The position numbers were made by a program, and so were the translations under genes. Positions 60,111 to 64,000 of a stretch of 64,000 nucleotides of DNA are shown piece by piece; positions within the stretch are counted from its first letter, which is position 1, and each line of letters begins with the position of its first letter. The notes under the pieces were generated by a model, which made no database searches, was not told the origin of the DNA, and saw nothing but the letters and a program-made list of their open reading frames with translations. Source of the stretch: an uncultured delta proteobacterium (GTDB lineage Bacteria > Myxococcota_A > Polyangia > Fen-1088); NCBI GenBank assembly GCA_963767925.1, contig CAVYGB010000001.1, positions 128,001 through 192,000 of the forward strand, given 5' to 3'.

Positions 60111-60319
60111 GCCGGCACGATACCCCGTGCGCTGCCGCCCGGGCGCGCCCCTTCCGCTCGGATGCGGTTACCGCCCGTGAACCCTCCCGACGCCACCTGG
60201 AAACCGCGCTTGCCCCGCCGGCAGCGGCCGGCCGGCAACCGGTTCGAAATCGTTTTCATACGGCGGTTTGCCTGCACGGCAACCCACGCGAAAAACCTCC
60301 GGCCTTACGCTTTCGGCCC

Positions 60320-61060
60320 ATGAAGTCTCGCATCTGCCTCCCTCACCTCGGTCTCGTGTGCGTCTCTGTGCTCGCGCTCGGCCCCGCGCCCGGCTGCTCG
60401 TCGATGGCCGGCACCCGCTCCCAGGAGGGCCTGCCCCGGATCGGGCTTCAGCGGGGCGCCCGCACCTCGTCGCTCACCGTGCAGCCGCCCTATCTTTGGG
60501 GCCCACACTTCGGGCTCATGCTGAAGAACCGCGCCCTGACCGGCTGGGTGTCCGGCGAGCTGGCCCGCCCGGGCACCATGCGCGTGCAGATCGACGAGGA
60601 GGGCGCCGCCGGCTTCGGCCCCCTCGGACCGGTCTCGCTCGACTTCGAGACCGTCGACGGCAGCAGCCGGGTCGAGGGGCTGTGGAACGGGAGCTGGGCC
60701 CGCCTGCAGGTCGAGCGGGACGCCCTGCACGCCTCCTTCGCGGTCAACACCGCCGCCCACAGCCAGGCCGGGCGCGCCGACCTCGACGTCATGGCGCCGC
60801 CCGCCGAGGACGCCTCCTGCCAGTACGTCCTCGACGAGGCCTGCGCCGAGAGCTGCCTGGCGGGCATCTCGATCTGCACCGGGATCCCCCAGCAGACCCG
60901 CCTGGCGATCTCGCCCGGCGCCTTCACCCGCCTCAGCACGCCGGAGCTGCTCACCGTACTTGTGGCGGTCCTGGCCGCCCCCCCGCTGGCCCAGGCCGAG
61001 GCCCACCCCTTCCCCCTCGACGTCATCGAGGCCGACCGCGACCGCGACCTGTTTCGCTAG
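60320..61060 (+). CDS. Hypothetical lipoprotein
   Basis: Signal ending APGC, GC3-rich codon usage. Confidence 0.65.
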   Translation: MKSRICLPHLGLVCVSVLALGPAPGCSSMAGTRSQEGLPRIGLQRGARTSSLTVQPPYLWGPHFGLMLKNRALTGWVSGELARPGTMRVQIDEEGAAGFGPLGPVSLDFETVDGSSRVEGLWNGSWARLQVERDALHASFAVNTAAHSQAGRADLDVMAPPAEDASCQYVLDEACAESCLAGISICTGIPQQTRLAISPGAFTRLSTPELLTVLVAVLAAPPLAQAEAHPFPLDVIEADRDRDLFR

Positions 61061-61106
61061 CCGGGCCCGCGCGGGGCGAACGACCTCCGGCAGGCGACCG
61101 CCGGAG

Positions 61107-61151
61107 CCCCTCACCCCACCCTCTCCCCGCTGCCGCGGGGCGAGGGCGAAC
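61107..61151 (+). repeat. REP-like palindromic element
   Basis: CCCCTCACCCCACCCTCTCCCCGCTGCCGCGGGGCGAGGGCGAAC. Confidence 0.85.
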
Positions 61152-61336
61152 AAGCTGCCAGGTGCCGCGATCAGCCTCGAGCGAACGGCTCTCTGCGGGC
61201 GCCACGAGGCCCGGGAATCCGACTCCCTCCCCCTAAGTGGCAGAACCGATCGCCTGACGCCAGGCGCAGCCCGGGACGCGCGGCTGCTTCCGTCGGGGAG
61301 GCGGTCGTGTAGGATGAAGGCGGCGGCGCCCCTGAC

Positions 61337-63280
61337 ATGGATGAGGCTTCGGTCTTCGAGAGGATGGTCGACTCGGTCGCCTGCTTCGAGCGCGACGGGA
61401 CCATCGCGTACCTCAACCCGGTGGCGGGGCGCCTGCTGGGCCGCACGCCGGCCGAGGTCATCGGGCAGAACGTCTGGACCCTCCTCCCCGCCGCGCGCGC
61501 CGGCCCCTTCGGCGTGGCCTTCGACCGGGTGGTCTGCTCGGGCGAGACCGAATGCTTCGAGAGCTCGGATCCGGCCAGCGGCCTCTGGGTGGTCAACCAC
61601 GTCTACCAGGTGGGCGGGCGCGTCTGGGTCGTCGCCCGCGACATCACCGAGCAGAAGCTGGCCGCCGCCCGGCTGGAGATCCTGGCCGACGCTGCCCAGG
61701 CCTTCTCCGAGGCGGCCAGCGACACCGCGAGCGTGTTCGAGCGGATCGCCCGCCAGGTCTCGGAGGTGCTGCGCGACCTGTGTGTCGTGCGCCTGCTGTC
61801 GCCCGACGGCCAGCACTTCGAGGAGCCGGTGGGCCTGTGGGACGCCGATCCCGGCTGCCGCGAGCTGCTGCAGGGCACCCCCGCGGTGGCCGCCAGCGAG
61901 ACGGTCGGCCCCGAGATCCTCCGCACCGGCCGGCCGGTCGTGATGATTAGCGTCGATCCCGCCGCGGTGGCCGCCCGCATCGCCCCCTCGCCGCGCCGGG
62001 ACCTGGTCGAGCGCCTGAAGATCCACAGCATCATGGTGGTGCCGATGAAGGCCCGCGGGCAGGTCCTCGGCATCCTCAGCGTGGCCCGCCGCCAGACCGG
62101 CACGCCGTTGCCCTACAGCGACGCCGACCTGTCCTTGCTGGAGGCGCTGGCCGACCGGGCCGCCCTGGTCGTCAGCCGCTGGCGCACCTTCGAGCTGGTC
62201 GAGAAGTCGCGCGCCCAGCTCCGGATCATCGGTGACTCGCTGCCCGTGCTGGTCTCGCTAGTCGACCGTCACGAGCGCTACGTGTTCGTGAACGCCACAT
62301 ACCAGAAGTGGTTCGGCCATGCGCCCGAGACCATCGTGGGCCGCACCCTGGCCGAGGTGCTCGGCCCCCCGGCCTACGAGGCGGTGGCCACCCACGTGCG
62401 CAACGTCCTGGCCGGCCAGCCGGTGAGCTTCCAGACCCGGGTCCCCTACGCCCACGGCGTCGCCCGCGACGTCGAGGCGTCTTACACCCCTTACGTGATC
62501 GACGGCCAGGTGGAGGGCTTCGTCGCCCTCGTCGCCGACGTGACCGACCGGGTCGAGATGGAGCAGTCGTTGAAGACGGCGGTCGCCGTGCGCGACGAGT
62601 TCCTCTCGATCGCCTCGCACGAGCTGCGCACCCCGCTGGCCGCCCTGCAGCTCCAGATCGACGGCACCCAGCGCTCGATGGCTCGCGGGTGGCAGGAGCC
62701 CGACCTCGAGCGGGCCCGGGCCCGCATCGGCAAGGCCAGCCGGCAGATCCAGCGGCTCAGCAGCCTCGTCGATGGCCTGCTCAACGTCTCCCGCATCTCG
62801 GGCGGGCGCTTCCGCCTCGAGCCCGAGGAGTTCGACCTGTCCACCCTGGTGGCGGAGGTGGTCGAGCGCTTCGAGGAAGAGGCGGCGCGCGTGGGAGCGC
62901 CGATCCGACTGCAGGCTCCGGCGGCGCTCAGCGGGAGCTGGGACCGAAACCGGGTCGACCAGGTGCTGACCAACCTGCTGTCCAACGCCCTCAAATACGG
63001 GGAGGGCAAGCCGGTGCTGGTGGCGCTGGACGGCGACCCCCAGCAGGTGCGGCTGTCGGTCCGCGACGAGGGGATGGGCATCGAGGAGGCCAACCTCGAT
63101 CGCATCTTCGGCCGCTTCGAGCGCGCCGTCTCCTCCCGCAACTACGGTGGCCTGGGCCTGGGCCTGTACATCGCCCGCCAGATCGTCGGCGCCCACGGGG
63201 GCACCATCCAGGTCGGCAGCACGCTCGGCCAGGGCGCCACCTTCACCGTCACCCTGCCCCGCACCGAAGCGCCCGCCTGA
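61337..63280 (+). CDS. PAS-GAF-PAS sensor histidine kinase
   Basis: Two PAS, GAF, ASHELRTPL, NLLSNALKY, DEGMGI, GGLGLGL. Confidence 0.95.
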   Translation: MDEASVFERMVDSVACFERDGTIAYLNPVAGRLLGRTPAEVIGQNVWTLLPAARAGPFGVAFDRVVCSGETECFESSDPASGLWVVNHVYQVGGRVWVVARDITEQKLAAARLEILADAAQAFSEAASDTASVFERIARQVSEVLRDLCVVRLLSPDGQHFEEPVGLWDADPGCRELLQGTPAVAASETVGPEILRTGRPVVMISVDPAAVAARIAPSPRRDLVERLKIHSIMVVPMKARGQVLGILSVARRQTGTPLPYSDADLSLLEALADRAALVVSRWRTFELVEKSRAQLRIIGDSLPVLVSLVDRHERYVFVNATYQKWFGHAPETIVGRTLAEVLGPPAYEAVATHVRNVLAGQPVSFQTRVPYAHGVARDVEASYTPYVIDGQVEGFVALVADVTDRVEMEQSLKTAVAVRDEFLSIASHELRTPLAALQLQIDGTQRSMARGWQEPDLERARARIGKASRQIQRLSSLVDGLLNVSRISGGRFRLEPEEFDLSTLVAEVVERFEEEAARVGAPIRLQAPAALSGSWDRNRVDQVLTNLLSNALKYGEGKPVLVALDGDPQQVRLSVRDEGMGIEEANLDRIFGRFERAVSSRNYGGLGLGLYIARQIVGAHGGTIQVGSTLGQGATFTVTLPRTEAPA

Positions 63281-63371
63281 AGCTGGCCCGGGCCGGCGGC
63301 CACGGCCGACCAGGTGCTGGGCGGGTGCGGTCGGGTGTGAGACCCTCGATGTGAGGTCACGAGGAGGCAAG

Positions 63372-63698
63372 ATGGAGGGCAACTTGGAGGGCAAGATGCA
63401 CGGCAAGATGCATGGATTGATCGGGAAGATGATCGCCAGGGAAGGCCAGCGGGAGGCGCTGGTGGCCCTCATGCTCGAGGGGAGCGCGAAGATGCCGGGC
63501 TGTCTGGTCTACGTCGTGGCCCGCGATCCGGCCGACGCCGTCTCGATCTGGGTGACGGAGGTGTGGGACAGCAAGGAGAGCCACCAGGCCTCCCTGGAGC
63601 TGCCCGCGGTCAAGGCCGCCATCGACCGCGCCCGTCCCCTCATCGCCGGCTTCGGCGACTACGTCGTCACCGAGCCGATCGGCGGCCTGGGCCTCTGA
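63372..63698 (+). CDS. ABM-family (putative quinol) monooxygenase
   Basis: GLIGKM.A..GQR..L, PGCLVYVV..D, IWVTEVWDS.E.HQASL. Alternative starts at 63396 and 63408. Confidence 0.9.
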   Translation: MEGNLEGKMHGKMHGLIGKMIAREGQREALVALMLEGSAKMPGCLVYVVARDPADAVSIWVTEVWDSKESHQASLELPAVKAAIDRARPLIAGFGDYVVTEPIGGLGL

Positions 63699-63825
63699 GG
63701 GCAGGGCCCGCGGGCGCGAGGCGGGGGCCGGCGCGCGCTTGCCGTGGATCCATGACAGGGCCGTGGCTGCGGGCGACTTATCTTGTTCTCAGGTTGGTGG
63801 GAATGCCGGCCAGGGGGAGGTCGCG

Positions 63826-64000
63826 ATGGACCAGGGTGTTCGTTCGATGGGTCAAGATGCGCCGGCGTCCGAGCTGGTCGTGGACATCTTCAGGAAGGCC
63901 TGGTGGGCGCTGGCCTTTCGCGGCCTGGTGGCCATCGCCCTCGGGATTGTCGCGCTGGGCTGGCCAGGGGTGACCCTGTTCGTCCTGATGGCCATCATCG
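63826..64000 (+). CDS. HdeD/DUF308 membrane protein, 5' part (partial)
   Basis: SD GGGAGG, ...RKAWWALAFRGLVAIALGIVALGWPGVTL... Confidence 0.8.
   Translation, partial: MDQGVRSMGQDAPASELVVDIFRKAWWALAFRGLVAIALGIVALGWPGVTLFVLMAII

Overview
Very GC-rich bacterial chromosome segment, most likely Myxococcota (inferred from the many lipoproteins with Gly/Ala/Pro 'GTGG/DAG' linkers, hybrid histidine kinases, and vWA and CotH lipoproteins). About 50 genes, mostly signal transduction, envelope and secreted-enzyme genes. No rRNA, tRNA, CRISPR array or transposase was recognised. All family assignments come from motifs read by eye, not database searches. The accessory core (28.7-39.7 kb) holds a decaying class 1 DISARM locus (5'-deleted drmMI, frameshifted drmA, intact drmB and drmC, no drmD in the window). 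It is flanked by two lower-GC cassettes: a collagen-like lipoprotein, and an unannotated three-gene unit encoding a secreted 10-Cys EGF-like peptide plus two membrane-anchored Cys-containing partners, which is the best candidate for an undescribed system. Other highlights: a BlaI/CopY repressor with a clear promoter and two operator boxes upstream of dacB but no BlaR1; a porin/binding-protein/methyl-accepting hybrid kinase module with CheR but no CheB; a REP-like repeat family whose ends repeatedly abut tandem amplifications; and several deletion or frameshift relics (DUF6932-HTH toxin-antitoxin pair, AraC_N, LuxR and TPR fragments).
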